From Paraspadella gotoi (taxonomy: Eukaryota > Animalia > Chaetognatha): a DNA stretch of 64,000 nt. Position 1 is the first letter of the stretch. The number at the start of each line of letters is the position of its first letter. The stretch covers positions 14,253,694 to 14,317,693 of the forward strand of contig CM119267.1 of NCBI GenBank assembly GCA_051294375.1. The letters are read 5' to 3'. The notes under the pieces are model-generated. The model did no database searches, had not been told where the DNA came from, and was given only the letters and a program-made list of their open reading frames with translations. The position numbers and the translations under genes are program-made. This document shows, one piece after another, positions 1 through 15,005 of the stretch.

Positions 1-2594
1 CCAAGGGAAAACTACTGCGGTCGGAAATCAAAGAATTGCAGGAAAAATACGATGAGTTGGTCAAAGCTAAGGAAGAGGTGGACGCGCTTAAGACCTCGTT
101 GGAACAAGAGAGAGATGCGATTAAACGACAATCCTTTGCTCTTCGCACGTTGCCTGAAGATTACGACTATCTACAACAAGAAGTGCAAAAATTGTCCGAT
201 GGTAAGATTTTCATTCTCTTTAGAATATGTTCTATATCTGTCATGTATTTGTCAAAAAACAAAGTATTTCGAGTTGTTAGGTTTTTAGATATAGGGTGTA
301 CTAATCTACCAATGCTTATTATTTATTATTCAGAAAAAACGTTTCTTGGCGAGGAGCTCAAGCGCATCCAAAGCGAGGCTGCCAATGCCAAGGGCGAGCA
401 TCATTCTCTGCAGATAGAGTATACGAAGCTTCAGGGGGAGTACCAAAACTACAAAAACATCTACGACGAAATGGATATTCAGTTGCACAAAATTGCAAGC
501 AAGTGTGAAACTCTAGAAACGGCAAACGATCGTTTGGAAGACGACAATCGCAACCTGATGATTCAGCTTCAAACGATGATCACACAAAACGCGGAACTGT
601 TACAAACGACTCTTTCCAACAAAGATGTTTATCACGAAGAGGAGCGTCAAATGATAGAGCGTCTCAACGCCCTACAGCGGCAAAAGGAAAAGTTAGAGGA
701 GAAGATAATGGCGCAATATCGAGAAAAGACGCCGAAAAAGTCCAAGGGAATCGGAGCGACTTTGGTACGAAAGGCACGTCAAGTAATTAGTCGCAAGCCT
801 CGCAGTCGAAGCAAGGATGGTGTCAAGTACAAGGATAGTGAAGGTAGCGGCGCCGAGAGTGACGCAAAGAGCAAGCGCCCCGAATCCTTGGCGTCCTCGC
901 CTTGGTCCATGCGTGTCCGTACCCCGTCGGTTGAATCCCCGTCCCCGAGAAACTCTTCCGGTCTCGGTTTCCACCAGCGGAAATTGGCGTCGTCTACTAA
1001 CGCACTTAACGTAATGAGCGTCGGAAAAGCCTATCATCAATCGATACCCAGGTCGAACGAGTCGCGAATGTATAGATCCTCCGAAAACGTTCTTGACTCT
1101 TCTCTCTACGACAATTCTCCGCGCGATGATTACGACCTCAACAACCATCACTACGACGTGATAGAAAGCGTTCATCCGGCGAACCTAAATACGGAGATTC
1201 GGCCGCCGGATACGTCTTCCTACGCGTCGGGTGACGCTGGGAGCGGGGACGGGTGCCAGGAATTTCCCGTTCCTAAAGAGGCGCCCATTAGCCGTCCCAA
1301 TTCATCGCGGGCGTCCTCTCACGGCAGCTCCAGCATCTCGGAAGAGACAGCGGGCACCGGAGCTTCGGAGGAAAAACGTGCGTCTCGAATTCCCTTCTCG
1401 ACTCCGGAGCACGCCGCCGCTGCCTCACCCTCGTCATCCCAAGCCAGCTTCCCGACGCAAAATTCGTCGCCGTCGTCCCAGGCCGACTCTCGTGCCCGCA
1501 AACCAAGTTCTCCGGGCAAGGAGTTGCTCAGCCTGCAGCAATTCCTGGCCGAGTCGGAAAAGACTCCTCGTACGAACAAAACGAGAAACTTTGTGTTCTG
1601 CGAGGAAAGCCCTGTCGACGTTGGCCAATCTGCGCCCGACGTGAGGCGAAGGAACGGGCTTCCGCCGCAGAACAGTTTGGATTCCAAATTTGCCTCCTCG
1701 GACGGTCCCGAAGTCAAGGGTCTTAATTACTACAGTTCTACCCTTTCCCGGAGGACGGAGCAGTCGATGAGCCATCCCCGTCCCAAGTCTACCTTTGAAT
1801 TAACCTCCCCAAAGTCTTTGTCCATGGACGCGGACAACCTCAACGGAAACCAGGCTTCCTCTCATGAGCGCCATCGTAACGGCGTTGATTTGAACGATTC
1901 CTCGCCTTCCAATACGTCTTACGCGGAATCTAAATTTTCCACGCTCGACAATCGTAAGAAAGGCACTGGCCCGCCGTCGGTGGCCTTGCGCCATGGCCCT
2001 TCCCGGCCTGTCTCCACTCCAGCACGTCGGTTCTCGCACGGCGGTATTTTAAACTCGGCTTCTTCACCACAAAGCTCGGCCGATCGACTGGACTGGCTGA
2101 TCGGCAACAGTCCAATCCGATCTAGCGAACATCATCTATTTCCAAATGATGGCTCTCCGGTATTGACTTCTGTTCCAGAAGTTGGCAATCGTAACGGAAG
2201 CGCAAGCACAACATCCTCTCGTCAATCTGCTGCCTCGTCGACACCGGTGCGACCTATCCCAACTCGACCCTCGCAGTCTTCCACCGGATCCCCTTTTGCG
2301 CCCTCTTCGACCCCTCGCGCCAATAGGTCATCCACGCAGTCGGCACCGGCCAAAGATATTCATGCTCACCCACCGCCATATGTTAGTCCTTCTGCCAGAA
2401 CGATAACTAATAAAAAACCCACCTCAGAGCAGACTGTCGACTCTTTTGGCTCGTCTGTGAGGGGGCAAGTGAAGCCAAAACTTTTGACGACATCTCCCTC
2501 AGACGGGGAAAGTGGGGAAAGGACCAAACCCTCGGATGGTCAACCAGACCCTGTGGAGAAAAACTCCATCTGGTACGAATATGGATGTGTTTAA
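1..2594 (+). CDS. CCDC88C: Girdin/Daple (CCDC88 family) protein, 5'-partial; intron 202-333
   Basis: Coiled coil LQRQKEKLEEKIMAQYR. The motif SPGKELLSLQQFLAESEK resembles the GIV GBA motif (SPGSEVVTLQQFLEESNK). C-terminal WYEYGCV is the Daple-type PDZ-binding motif. GT-AG intron 202-333 is read through by the ORF track. Confidence 0.88.
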   Translation, partial: KGKLLRSEIKELQEKYDELVKAKEEVDALKTSLEQERDAIKRQSFALRTLPEDYDYLQQEVQKLSDGKIFILFRICSISVMYLSKNKVFRVVRFLDIGCTNLPMLIIYYSEKTFLGEELKRIQSEAANAKGEHHSLQIEYTKLQGEYQNYKNIYDEMDIQLHKIASKCETLETANDRLEDDNRNLMIQLQTMITQNAELLQTTLSNKDVYHEEERQMIERLNALQRQKEKLEEKIMAQYREKTPKKSKGIGATLVRKARQVISRKPRSRSKDGVKYKDSEGSGAESDAKSKRPESLASSPWSMRVRTPSVESPSPRNSSGLGFHQRKLASSTNALNVMSVGKAYHQSIPRSNESRMYRSSENVLDSSLYDNSPRDDYDLNNHHYDVIESVHPANLNTEIRPPDTSSYASGDAGSGDGCQEFPVPKEAPISRPNSSRASSHGSSSISEETAGTGASEEKRASRIPFSTPEHAAAASPSSSQASFPTQNSSPSSQADSRARKPSSPGKELLSLQQFLAESEKTPRTNKTRNFVFCEESPVDVGQSAPDVRRRNGLPPQNSLDSKFASSDGPEVKGLNYYSSTLSRRTEQSMSHPRPKSTFELTSPKSLSMDADNLNGNQASSHERHRNGVDLNDSSPSNTSYAESKFSTLDNRKKGTGPPSVALRHGPSRPVSTPARRFSHGGILNSASSPQSSADRLDWLIGNSPIRSSEHHLFPNDGSPVLTSVPEVGNRNGSASTTSSRQSAASSTPVRPIPTRPSQSSTGSPFAPSSTPRANRSSTQSAPAKDIHAHPPPYVSPSARTITNKKPTSEQTVDSFGSSVRGQVKPKLLTTSPSDGESGERTKPSDGQPDPVEKNSIWYEYGCV

Positions 2595-3717
2595 ATTCTA
2601 TGAATCGAAACCAATTTACGTAGAACTCATAGAAATAATTTAACCGCTTTGAAGTGCATTTTCTTTTTTAGGAGTAGCATATGTTCGTATGTTTCTGGGA
2701 TATGTATTCTAACAAACGCAATTTTTTTTTTATTACCCAGATGTCATGAACTGTTGTTTTTTTTATACTTTTGTGGGCAAATTTGTTTATGCGTTTAACA
2801 GCAATTAGAAAGGCCTTTTGTCGACTTTTATACACAAATCAATATAAATATATTTTAAGTTTTTTATGCATTCTTTGTTTATTGTTAATCAATGCAATGC
2901 AAATAGCGCCTTAAGCTCCTTTGATTATATTTTAACTACCACGAAGTGCACATGAATTTTTCTTAAATCTTAAAGTGTGATATAAATTTTAGAATCTTTT
3001 AGGAACCGATATAACCAATTAAGCTACAAGAGTAATCTGTTAAGAATCGAAAGTGAGTCGGCGCATCTAATGTGGTGGAATCAAGTGGTAGAATTAACGT
3101 CGTGACACATTGTTACCGAATCTGATTCACTCGCACTAAAATTTTCATAATTACTATGTTGTCAAATATTGAGGAAAAAAAGATTGACGATTCGATTGAC
3201 AATTCACTAAGGTCACGATGATGACAAAGTTCTTGATTAAAGAAAAGAAAAGTCGATAAACAAATGCAGTGGCATTATTAACTTATTAAGAAATTCAGCT
3301 ATTTATTTACTTTGGATATTAGTCAAGAAAAGTTCGTGTGAACTGATTAGTGGTTAAAATGACATGATATGAAGGAGCGAGTTGAAACACATCTTGGCAA
3401 ATTTTTATGATAATCATGATACGCACTTAGATTGATTTTTCACTCATTGAATAACCGGCTTTTTTTATCGACGCACCTGAAATGCTTACTTGAGATTGCA
3501 CGTGTTCTTTAACGATAGTTCCCATACCTATGTCACTGCTATTGATATTTTGTGTAACACTCGTTTTATGGCAGTTTTCGAGTTTTGATTTTTCACAATT
3601 CTTTTTACACGATATCATATATCATTTTACAAGAACCCAAAAAGCCAAATCTTTTACCGCAATTGTTCTCATACATTTATTTCAATCTTTAGCCCGAGGT
3701 AACATTAAGTTTTAAAG

Positions 3718-5194
3718 ATGAAGCTTCAAGAGGTGAACGAGCTGTTGGAGGAGGAAAGCCGTAAACTCGATGAGATTCTCAAACCCTTTGTCCTCTCTGA
3801 GGCGAATATCGTCAAATTCGTTCAACTTTTCTCAGAGGATCTCGACAAGGGCCTCGATGCCAAGGCCAACGCCGAAGCGGACATGAAGTGCTTTCCTACT
3901 TATGTTTCTCGCCTGCCGACAGGCAAAGAGCGCGGCCGTTACCTGGCCCTTGATTTGGGTGGAACCCATTTTCGCGTGCTCCTTGTTAACCTTGGGGACT
4001 CCGCGTCGCCGGAGGGGGACATGAAATTCAAGACTTTTGACGTTCCCGACGACCTCATGGTCGGATCGGTCTACCCACTGTTTGACCACGTCGCCGCCTG
4101 CATCGCTAAATTCGTCGAAGAAGAAGGACTCAAGGACGAACCGCTGCCGCTTGGATTCACTTTCTCCTTTCTTTGTCGCCAGATCACGTTGAACAACGCC
4201 GTTCTCGAGAGCTGGTCAAAGGGGTTCAGCTGCGACGACGCTCTGGGGCAAAATGTGTCGCAATTGTTGAGCGACGCGCTGGCTAAGCGCGGAGATACTC
4301 GGGTGTACTGCGTCGCCGTCATTAACGACACGACTGGTACGCTCATGGCTTGCGCCTACAAAGAACCGTTAACCTCCGTGGGCCTGATTCTCGGCACCGG
4401 GACCAACGCCTGTTACATTGAAGATTTGAAGAAAGCTAAATTGTGGAACCGCAACGAAATTCCTTCAGATCGCACTCATGGGATCATCAACACGGAGTGG
4501 GGAGCCTTTGCCAATGGTGGCTGCCTCGACCGAGAAGGGATTCGAACAGACATTGACGCCGCGCTCGACGCCAAGACCAACAACGTCGGTGGACATATTT
4601 TTGAGAAAATGCTGTCTGGAAAATACCTCGGCGAAATAGTCAGATTGATCCTTTGCCGTGTTTACAAGGCGGGATTATTATTTCAACGCGAGGATACTTA
4701 TGCGTTCGACGAAGACAAAGGAAGAAATTTATTTTTGACTAAGTAAGGTTATCAACTTTTTTTTGATTCACTAATTGAAGTTGCCGATTTAATATTTTTT
4801 TTATTTTTTTAAAAGATTTATGTCCGAAATCGAATCTGAATCCAATCCTGATTTCTCTCTGACTCGACGCGTTCTGGACGAGCTCGGAATTCGCGTGGCT
4901 TCTTCCCGTGACTGTCAAATTGTACGGCGCGTGTGCCAAACTGTCTCGGTACGTTCGGCGCGATTAGCCGGAGCCGGGATTGCGTCTTTGCTTAATCGTA
5001 TGGGCCGCGATAATGGAACGGTCGCCGTTGATGGGAGTCTTTTCCGGTTCCATCCTACATTTCGCGAGAACATGGCGGAGACGATTGACAACTTGCTCGA
5101 AGATGGTCGGAAGTTCAAGATTGTTTTGTCAACGGACGGAAGTGGGAGAGGAGCTGCTTTGGTAGCAGCTGCCGCTGTGGGCCGTGTCAGTTGA
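3718..5194 (+). CDS. HK: Hexokinase; exons 3718-4742, 4816-5194
   Basis: Motifs YLALDLGGTHFRV, LPLGFTFSF, INDTTGTL, GTGTNACY, NTEWGAF, VAVDGS, DGSGRGAAL. A 73-nt GT-AG intron joins ...FLTK/FMSEIES. Confidence 0.96.
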
Positions 5195-5414
5195 ATGAAA
5201 CTTTATACTGGGAGCCGATTAGGCTCAGCCGAACCTTTGCTACAAAAAAAACATTAAATTACGTGACTTGGTGTTTATTGAAATAGACCTTACTAGTCAA
5301 TTTTTTTTGCCATTTTTATCATGCGTGAGTTTTGGTTTGTTTTTGTTTAATTTTTTGATGGTTGAGCATTTTTAAAAAAATTATGTTTATTGAGCCTAGT
5401 CAAATTGCATTTTT

Positions 5415-5982
5415 ATTTATTGTAACGCTTTTGCGCATAAGTGGCGTCGTCGTCGTTGTTGTGGTCGGCGTTCCAAATTATAGATCGCTTTTTTATGATT
5501 AAATTTGAATGTATGAAGCTGAAAATTTATATACAGCTTCTCATCATCGATGTGCTTAAAATTGAGTCTGGACAGTTATTAAATATGTTTTTTTTTTTTT
5601 TTCTTCCTTTTTGTTTCCTTTTTTTTTTCCTTTTTTTTTCTCTCTCTCACTCTTTTGCCCAGAGCTGATTCATCGGGAAAATATAAACGAATCTTCAGCT
5701 GGCTCTGCAGGGGCTCTTTCTTTTTCTCTTTTTTCCTGCTGCTTCTGCTGCTGCCTTCTGAGTCTGCAGCTGGCTCTGCAGGGGCTCTCTCTTTTTCTCT
5801 CTTTTCTCCTGCTGCTTCTGCTGCTGATTTTTGATTTCTCGCAAAATCGCAAAATATAATTTTTATTTCTGTTTATAAATTAATTTTCTTTTTTCAAATT
5901 TTCTTTTATTTAGTATCAAAATTTGTCGTCAATCCAGATTTTTCTTATGCGATTTCGACGATCCTTATGCTTTTAAGATTTT
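5415..5982 (+). mobile_element. Family B HINE-like repeat between HK and tubulin
   Basis: Shares CATAAGTGGCGTCGTCG...TTCCAAATTATAGATCGC, CTGCAG/CTGCTG blocks and the 3' end GACGATCCTTATGCTTTTAAGATTTT with the copies at 29.7 kb and 38.9-40.2 kb. Confidence 0.7.
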
Positions 5983-6141
5983 ATTATCGGTTTTGTTGTG
6001 ATTATTTCTAGATCGAAAAACTTGCAGAAAAATTGAACTTTTTCGTCACCTCCATCACGTAAAAGTATATTTCACAATTCAAGAGAGAATATTTATCACA
6101 ACATATCCTGATATTTAAAGTCATTGAAAATCTGTTTTAAA

Positions 6142-8718
<2,577 letters not shown>

Positions 8719-9300
8719 GTTCGTCGATTCGTAAATGTCGGAACTTTTTCTGATCCGCTTTCAGTTGTCAAAGGCTACTATCGTAGTTCCTTTTTGCACC
8801 AATTTTTTCGGTGAATTTTACAATCTAATTACTCTAGTCATATTATTGTTTTTTTTTTCTTTTGCTTATTTAATGCATTGCAAATGGTTTTTTATATTCG
8901 TTTTTAAATTCGTACATTCGGTGCATTTGTCTGATAAATTCGGTGGTGAATGATGGACTACTTTTAAAAATTTTTACAAAGGTCCGCTTCACTCAATACT
9001 AAAAAATGCTTTCTCGTTAGTTGCCATCTCGCTGTAACAGAGGTTTTTATAGTTTTTCTCTTGTAGCTTTTGTTGGAATTGGGAAGTTACTTTACCTGTA
9101 CCTTTCTCTATTTATGAAATTTACTAATACTCTTGCATATTATATTGGTGATTAGAGTTTTTTTTTATCTAATCCCGTTGCCATTTTTTATCGTTTTGAG
9201 AATTTTGTTATTTTTGATTGTTTACATCTTTTTGACTATTTAATATAAGCGGGGAAAAAGTTGTATAATTTTATGAAATGGTTTTTTGACAACTATTTAG

Positions 9301-12300
9301 ATGTCGACCACTATCGAAATTCCCCTTCGAGACACTGACGAAGTAATTGAGTTAGATCTGGACCAGCTGCCTGAAGGTGAAGAAGTCTTGGGAATTTTGC
9401 AACAGGAGAAGGCTCCTTATAACATTTGGGTGACGCTGGCTTTGGAATACTACAAAAATGGAAACATTGAAGATTTCGTTCGTTTGCTGGAAGCATCTCG
9501 CACCGATGCCGGTATCGACTACAAGGATTTTGAGCGCGACCAGATGCGGGCGCTCGATACCCTTGCCGCACACTACGTACAACTTGCGCACAAAGAAAAG
9601 AACAAAGACAAAAAGCGAGAATTGTTTACTCAAGCGACGCTTCTCTACACTACTGCCGACAAAATAATCATGTACGATCAAAATCACTTACTCGGTCGTG
9701 CGTATTTCTGTTTACTCGAAGGTGACAAGATGGATCAGGCCGACGCTCAGTTCAACTTTGTGCTCAACCAAGCTCCCAACAGCATCCCTTCGCTCTTAGG
9801 CAAAGCTTGCATAGCTTTCAACAAAAAAGATTTCAGAGGAGCATTGGCCTTCTACAAAAAAGCTTTGCGGGCTAATCCTAGCTGCCCCGCTGACGTTCGA
9901 CTTGGCATGGGCCACTGCTTCGTCAAGTTGAATAAAATGGAAAAGGCTAAAATGGCGTTTGAACGCGCCTTGGAGTTGGACAAGAAATGCGTCGGTGCCC
10001 TGGTCGGTCTCGCTATTCTGCAAATGAATCTCAAAACCCCCGATGCCATCCGAAGCGCCGTTCAAAAACTGTCACTCGCCTACCAAATTGATTCCTCAAA
10101 CCCTATGGTGCTCAATCATTTGGCCAACCACTTTTTCTTTAAGAAGGACTACCAGAAAGTACAGCACCTGGCGTTGCATGCCTTTCACGGCACCGAGAAC
10201 GAACATATGCGCGCCGAAAGCTGTTATCAGTTGGCGAGGGCATTTCACGTTCAGAACGATTACGATCAGGCTTTTCAGTACTATTATCAAGCAACCCAAT
10301 TTGCTTCCTCTTCTTTCATCTTACCACAGTTTGGTCTCGGCCAAATGTACATATACCGCGGGGACACTGAAAACGCGGCTCAGTGCTTTGAGAAGGTGCT
10401 GAAAGTTCAGCCGGGTAATTATGAGACGATGAAGATACTTGGTTCTCTTTATGCAAATTCTATGTCAGCGACGAAGCGAGATACGGCTCGTGCGCATCTC
10501 AAAAAAGTTACGGAGCAATTTCCCGACGACGTTGAGGCGTGGATCGAGTTGGCGCAAATTTTGGAGCAGAACGACATCCAGGGCGCACTTTCCGCGTACG
10601 GGACGGCGACGAAAATTCTAAAGGAAAAAGTACAAGTTGAATTGCCCCCAGAGATTTTGAACAACGTTGCTGCCCTTCACTTTCGTCTTGGGAATATGGA
10701 CGAAGCCAAAAAATATTATACTGCTTCTGTAGAGAGAGCTGAGAATGAATCTGAACACGATGAACATTATTACAAGTCGATCCAAGTTACCACCAAATAC
10801 AATTTAGCCAGACTTCATGAAGCATTTTCGGAATTTGATAAAGCCGAAAATTTGTACAAGGACATCCTGAGAAAGCATCCCAATTACATTGATTGCTATT
10901 TGCGTCTTGGTTGCATGGCTCGCGACAGAGGTCAAATTTACGAAGCATCTGATTGGTACAAGGAGGCGCTGCAGATTGACCAGGACAATCCCGACGCATG
11001 GTCTCTGATCGGAAATCTTCATTTAACGAAACAAGAATGGGGTCCGGGACAAAAAAAGTTTGAAAGAATCCTCAAACACCCTTCGACGCAAAAAGACACT
11101 TATTCACTTATAGCCTTAGGAAATGTTTGGCTTCAAACGCTACATCAACCGACGAAAGATAAAGAAAAAGAAAAACGCCACCAAGATCGCGCTTTAGACA
11201 CTTACAAACAAGTGTTGAAGTTTGATCCCCGAAATATTTGGGCGGCTAACGGGATTGGAGCCGTCTTGGCCCAAAAGGGTTACGTGTCTGAGGCTCGAGA
11301 CATTTTCGCTCAAGTAAGGGAGGCCACAGCGGAATTTTGCGACGTATGGCTCAATATCGCGCACATATACGTGGAGCAAAAGCAAATGGTGGCCGCGATT
11401 CAAATGTACGAAAACTGCCTAAAAAAATTTTTTAAGTATCCTAACGTAGAGGTGTTGCAATATCTTGCAAGAGCCTATTTTCGGGCCGGCAAATTATCAG
11501 ACGCCAAAGCGACATTAATCCGGATTCGTCATGTGGCGCCCAACGATACGGTGCAACTTTATAACTTGGCACTCGTACAGCAAAAACTCGCTACGTTCAC
11601 TCTGAAAGACGAAAAGTCCAATCTAAAAACCGTAATGATTGCTGTCAAGGATTTGGAATTGGCGCAAAAGTATTTCGAGTACCTGAGTCATCACCGATCT
11701 GCCGAAGATCGCCTTAAGTACGACGCCAACCAGGCCGCAACCGAAGCTAGGCAATGCGGGGACCTGTTGTCCCAAGCTCAGTACCACGTCCAGAGGGCGC
11801 GCAAACTCGACGAAGAAGAGAGAGAGATGAAAATCAGACAGGAGGAAGAAAAAGCGAGGATCAAGGCGACGCTCGAGGCCGCGCAACGCGAGAAGGAAAG
11901 AAAGAAAAACGAACAGGAAATGGCTCTGCAGGACAAGAGGAAGCAATATTTGGAAAAAACGGAAAAGATTAGAAAATTGGAAGAAATATTGGAGGAGATA
12001 AAGGCTCCGAAGGGATCAAAGGGCGCCAAGCAGAAGGGAGGCGATATTTCGGATTCTCCCGCGACGGACGACGAAGGCGAAGATGGCGGCGAGAAGGGAG
12101 AGAAGACGACAAAGGAGAAAAAGGCGAAAAAAAAGAAAGAGAAAGGGGAAAAGCGCAAAAAGGAAAAAGAAGAAAGAGGACGAAAGCGGAAGCGAGGAAA
12201 AAAAGGCGGCAGTGGAGACGCCTCCGAGGACGAACGGCCGAAAGGAAAGCAGAGCGCTAAGATTAAATCTCGCGCCTTCGTCGCTTCAGATTCAGAAAGT

Positions 12301-13017
12301 GGTTCCGACGGCGAAAATAAGAGAAGTCGTAGCGCGAGTGGAGGGAGCGACGATGAAAGACCCGCAAAGAAGAAGATCAAGTCGGGCCGAATCAAAAAGG
12401 TTGACAGCGACAGCGAAAATGAAGAAAAATCCCGGTCGGCGAGCCCGCCGAGTCGGCGGGCGTCCGGCAGCCGATCAGGATCGGGAAGTCGTTCCAGAAG
12501 TCGAAGTGCTTCCGGTTCTCGACGTTCAGGCTCTGGAAGCCGATCAAGGTCTCCTAGTGGATCGAGAAGCGGTTCGGGAAGTCGATCAAGATCACGTTCT
12601 GGCAGCCGTTCAGCATCTGGCAGTCGTTCTGGTTCGGGTAGTCGTTCGGGATCCGGGAGCCGTCGGTCTGGATCGAGATCAAGATCAGGCAGTAGATCAG
12701 GATCAGGTTCCAGGTCGCGATCTAGATCAAAGTCTGGGTCACGAGCAGGATCTCCAGCTTCAAAAGCATCGGGTTCTCCGCCGAATTCTCCTAAGTCTAG
12801 GAGCGGCGCGGGGTCACCCTCGGGATCCCCCGGATATCCTGGATCCCCGGGAAGTCAAAACAGATCCAACCCTGGTTCTCCTGGAAGCGAAAAAGGGTCA
12901 AAGCCTGGCTCTCCGGGCAGCGTTTCAAATCCCGGTTCTCCGACTGGCAGCGGACAAGGCTCCGAAAAAGACTCTCTACCCGGAAGCCCCATGGAAACGT
13001 CAGATAAAGAAGATTAA
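9301..13017 (+). CDS. CTR9: PAF1 complex subunit CTR9, single exon
   Basis: N-terminus [29 protein letters not shown], many TPR repeats, Lys/Glu-rich then Ser/Arg/Gly-rich tail. Confidence 0.97.
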   Translation: MSTTIEIPLRDTDEVIELDLDQLPEGEEVLGILQQEKAPYNIWVTLALEYYKNGNIEDFVRLLEASRTDAGIDYKDFERDQMRALDTLAAHYVQLAHKEKNKDKKRELFTQATLLYTTADKIIMYDQNHLLGRAYFCLLEGDKMDQADAQFNFVLNQAPNSIPSLLGKACIAFNKKDFRGALAFYKKALRANPSCPADVRLGMGHCFVKLNKMEKAKMAFERALELDKKCVGALVGLAILQMNLKTPDAIRSAVQKLSLAYQIDSSNPMVLNHLANHFFFKKDYQKVQHLALHAFHGTENEHMRAESCYQLARAFHVQNDYDQAFQYYYQATQFASSSFILPQFGLGQMYIYRGDTENAAQCFEKVLKVQPGNYETMKILGSLYANSMSATKRDTARAHLKKVTEQFPDDVEAWIELAQILEQNDIQGALSAYGTATKILKEKVQVELPPEILNNVAALHFRLGNMDEAKKYYTASVERAENESEHDEHYYKSIQVTTKYNLARLHEAFSEFDKAENLYKDILRKHPNYIDCYLRLGCMARDRGQIYEASDWYKEALQIDQDNPDAWSLIGNLHLTKQEWGPGQKKFERILKHPSTQKDTYSLIALGNVWLQTLHQPTKDKEKEKRHQDRALDTYKQVLKFDPRNIWAANGIGAVLAQKGYVSEARDIFAQVREATAEFCDVWLNIAHIYVEQKQMVAAIQMYENCLKKFFKYPNVEVLQYLARAYFRAGKLSDAKATLIRIRHVAPNDTVQLYNLALVQQKLATFTLKDEKSNLKTVMIAVKDLELAQKYFEYLSHHRSAEDRLKYDANQAATEARQCGDLLSQAQYHVQRARKLDEEEREMKIRQEEEKARIKATLEAAQREKERKKNEQEMALQDKRKQYLEKTEKIRKLEEILEEIKAPKGSKGAKQKGGDISDSPATDDEGEDGGEKGEKTTKEKKAKKKKEKGEKRKKEKEERGRKRKRGKKGGSGDASEDERPKGKQSAKIKSRAFVASDSESGSDGENKRSRSASGGSDDERPAKKKIKSGRIKKVDSDSENEEKSRSASPPSRRASGSRSGSGSRSRSRSASGSRRSGSGSRSRSPSGSRSGSGSRSRSRSGSRSASGSRSGSGSRSGSGSRRSGSRSRSGSRSGSGSRSRSRSKSGSRAGSPASKASGSPPNSPKSRSGAGSPSGSPGYPGSPGSQNRSNPGSPGSEKGSKPGSPGSVSNPGSPTGSGQGSEKDSLPGSPMETSDKED

Positions 13018-13169
13018 TGACAATTTTAAGACATTTGTATTTTGAAACTAAATAGTTAATGTAAATTTTTTTGGCGTTCTATGCCTGCGAGTTTTTCGTA
13101 ATTTCTTCTGTCGTTTTTTATCTTTTGTTCCTAATTTTGATTTGACTTCCAAATCCTATAGTTTTCACA

Positions 13170-14840
13170 ATGCAAATCGTTTGCCGCGTTTGCCAGATAG
13201 AATTTGAAAGTCCGACTTACCGACCATATTGCAAGGAACATGCGAAAGCTTTCGAAAATTTTAAAAAATTAAGAAATCAGTCGAAAAATGATGAAAAGTC
13301 TGGAGTGGTCTTGTGTTCCGAAGTTACCTCCACAAAGATTCAACAAAATTCTCAGCAGTCGCCTCTTGATCGTGGACTGGACCAACACGACGGCGAGAAT
13401 GACAAAATTGAAAAAGCCGTTACCCCCTCAGAGAATTTTACACCCGAAATTACTCCCAATTGCAATATCTTGCCAAACGACAATGACAAAGGATTGGGAC
13501 AGAAAATTGAGGGGTTTCAAAATACTTCTGAAGCTAATGCCTCCGTGAAGACTTTCGTCCTTCCGAATGAAGTAAAAGATTTGTCATTAAACCTTGTTGC
13601 CAACCCTCAGGCTCAACCTCACGAAAAGATTATACAGAGAATCCTTCCTAAACCTCTTCTTTCCGGGAATTTTCGCCTTATGCCGGTGACCTCAACCCCG
13701 TCTCTTATCTCTCAAGGAAACGTTTCTCGGGCCAAAGCAGACTCTCAACCTGTTTCGGAAAGACCATTCTCTGACGAAAACGAGACGGTTTCGGCAGCGT
13801 CGAAATGGATCCGTCATACTACGGTCGATGATCGACAGACGACCACGACCTTGAGTTCGCTGGTCGGGGCGAGCGGTAAGATGGAACCCTACTGCTTCAA
13901 CTACTTTTATGGAAACGACGTAGACGAAGACCCCGAAGAGTATTTGGCCCAATTTGGCATCAAAGCCATAGAGTGGGAGGACAAAGAGGACACTGACGCC
14001 GGAGAACATTCCTACTCGATGGCGCGAGATTTTACTCGATCCAGTATATCAAAACGTCGAGCAATAGACGACGATACCAGCTCTACATTCATGGAGGAGG
14101 AGGAGGAGCGCGTCGACCTCAGCCAGTTGACTTTGGCCAATGTCCTGAAACGAACAACACTCTATCCTTTCACGGAAGAGATCGAGGCAGACCACCTGGA
14201 GAGCTACATTGGACTGCAGCAATTACAATCAGGCTTTGCGCGAAATCTGGATGAAGTGAACATTGCTGAGGAAAAAGAGCAATCTCCCGTCATGGCCGCA
14301 GAGGCCGTCAAAAAAACTTTCAGCAGAAAACGTACTAGATCTGTAACTCCAGGTGAATCTTCGGCGACCAAGCTGGCAAAAGTCAAACGACCTACTTTGG
14401 GACGAACTAGGAAGAATCTCGACGAAGATGAGGACTACGTTCCACAAGAGACCAATGATAAAGGTCAAAGCGCCCGAAGAACTCGCGGTAAGGTCATCGA
14501 CTTTTACGCCATGAGCGAGGGACCAAATGTTAGGGACGTCGGCAATGAGATCATCTCCAACTGGACAAATTCCAAGACCGACAGGGCGGCGCCGAGAGAT
14601 GGGTCCAGGGGAAAAAGATCGATTAAGCCTAAGAATATAGCTTTGGCGGGGTTTGCGACTCTCGATCAGTCCTCCTGTTCGGTTGCAGAAGCGAACAATA
14701 AGAACAAGGGAAATTGCAAAGTTTGCGCGGTGGAATGCGTATTCGAAAATAGGATGCCTTATTGCGGAATTCACGCGTCTATGTTCGCCGCGTTCAAACG
14801 GAAGCAATTGGCCCAGCTACAAAAAGGAAGTGTAGAATGA
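13170..14840 (+). CDS. Uncharacterised 556-aa protein with CxxC...PYCxxH motifs at both termini
   Basis: Long single ORF with coding-like composition between AT-rich flanks. No family recognised. Confidence 0.75.
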   Translation: MQIVCRVCQIEFESPTYRPYCKEHAKAFENFKKLRNQSKNDEKSGVVLCSEVTSTKIQQNSQQSPLDRGLDQHDGENDKIEKAVTPSENFTPEITPNCNILPNDNDKGLGQKIEGFQNTSEANASVKTFVLPNEVKDLSLNLVANPQAQPHEKIIQRILPKPLLSGNFRLMPVTSTPSLISQGNVSRAKADSQPVSERPFSDENETVSAASKWIRHTTVDDRQTTTTLSSLVGASGKMEPYCFNYFYGNDVDEDPEEYLAQFGIKAIEWEDKEDTDAGEHSYSMARDFTRSSISKRRAIDDDTSSTFMEEEEERVDLSQLTLANVLKRTTLYPFTEEIEADHLESYIGLQQLQSGFARNLDEVNIAEEKEQSPVMAAEAVKKTFSRKRTRSVTPGESSATKLAKVKRPTLGRTRKNLDEDEDYVPQETNDKGQSARRTRGKVIDFYAMSEGPNVRDVGNEIISNWTNSKTDRAAPRDGSRGKRSIKPKNIALAGFATLDQSSCSVAEANNKNKGNCKVCAVECVFENRMPYCGIHASMFAAFKRKQLAQLQKGSVE

Positions 14841-15005
14841 CTAGCTATTTTTTTTTGCAATTGGTTTTCGTTTTCTTTTATTGCTCTTTGTAAATATATA
14901 GTAATGTGTAAGTTATGGGAATTTAAAATGTTTCTAATACTTTAAAACCGCTAAAAAGAATATTACTATGAATTGATGTTAAATGATCATATTGATGGCT
15001 CTGTG

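Noticed and set aside
3718-5194. Split ORFs (HK, tubulin, CDIN1, ZRANB3, TBC1D32, TTI2) as frameshifted pseudogenes
   Set aside because: The breaks I examined are explained by phase-consistent spliceosomal introns.
12083-13045. 320-aa overlapping ORF and 205-aa antisense ORF in the CTR9 tail
   Set aside because: Shadow frames of low-complexity RS/KE coding sequence.
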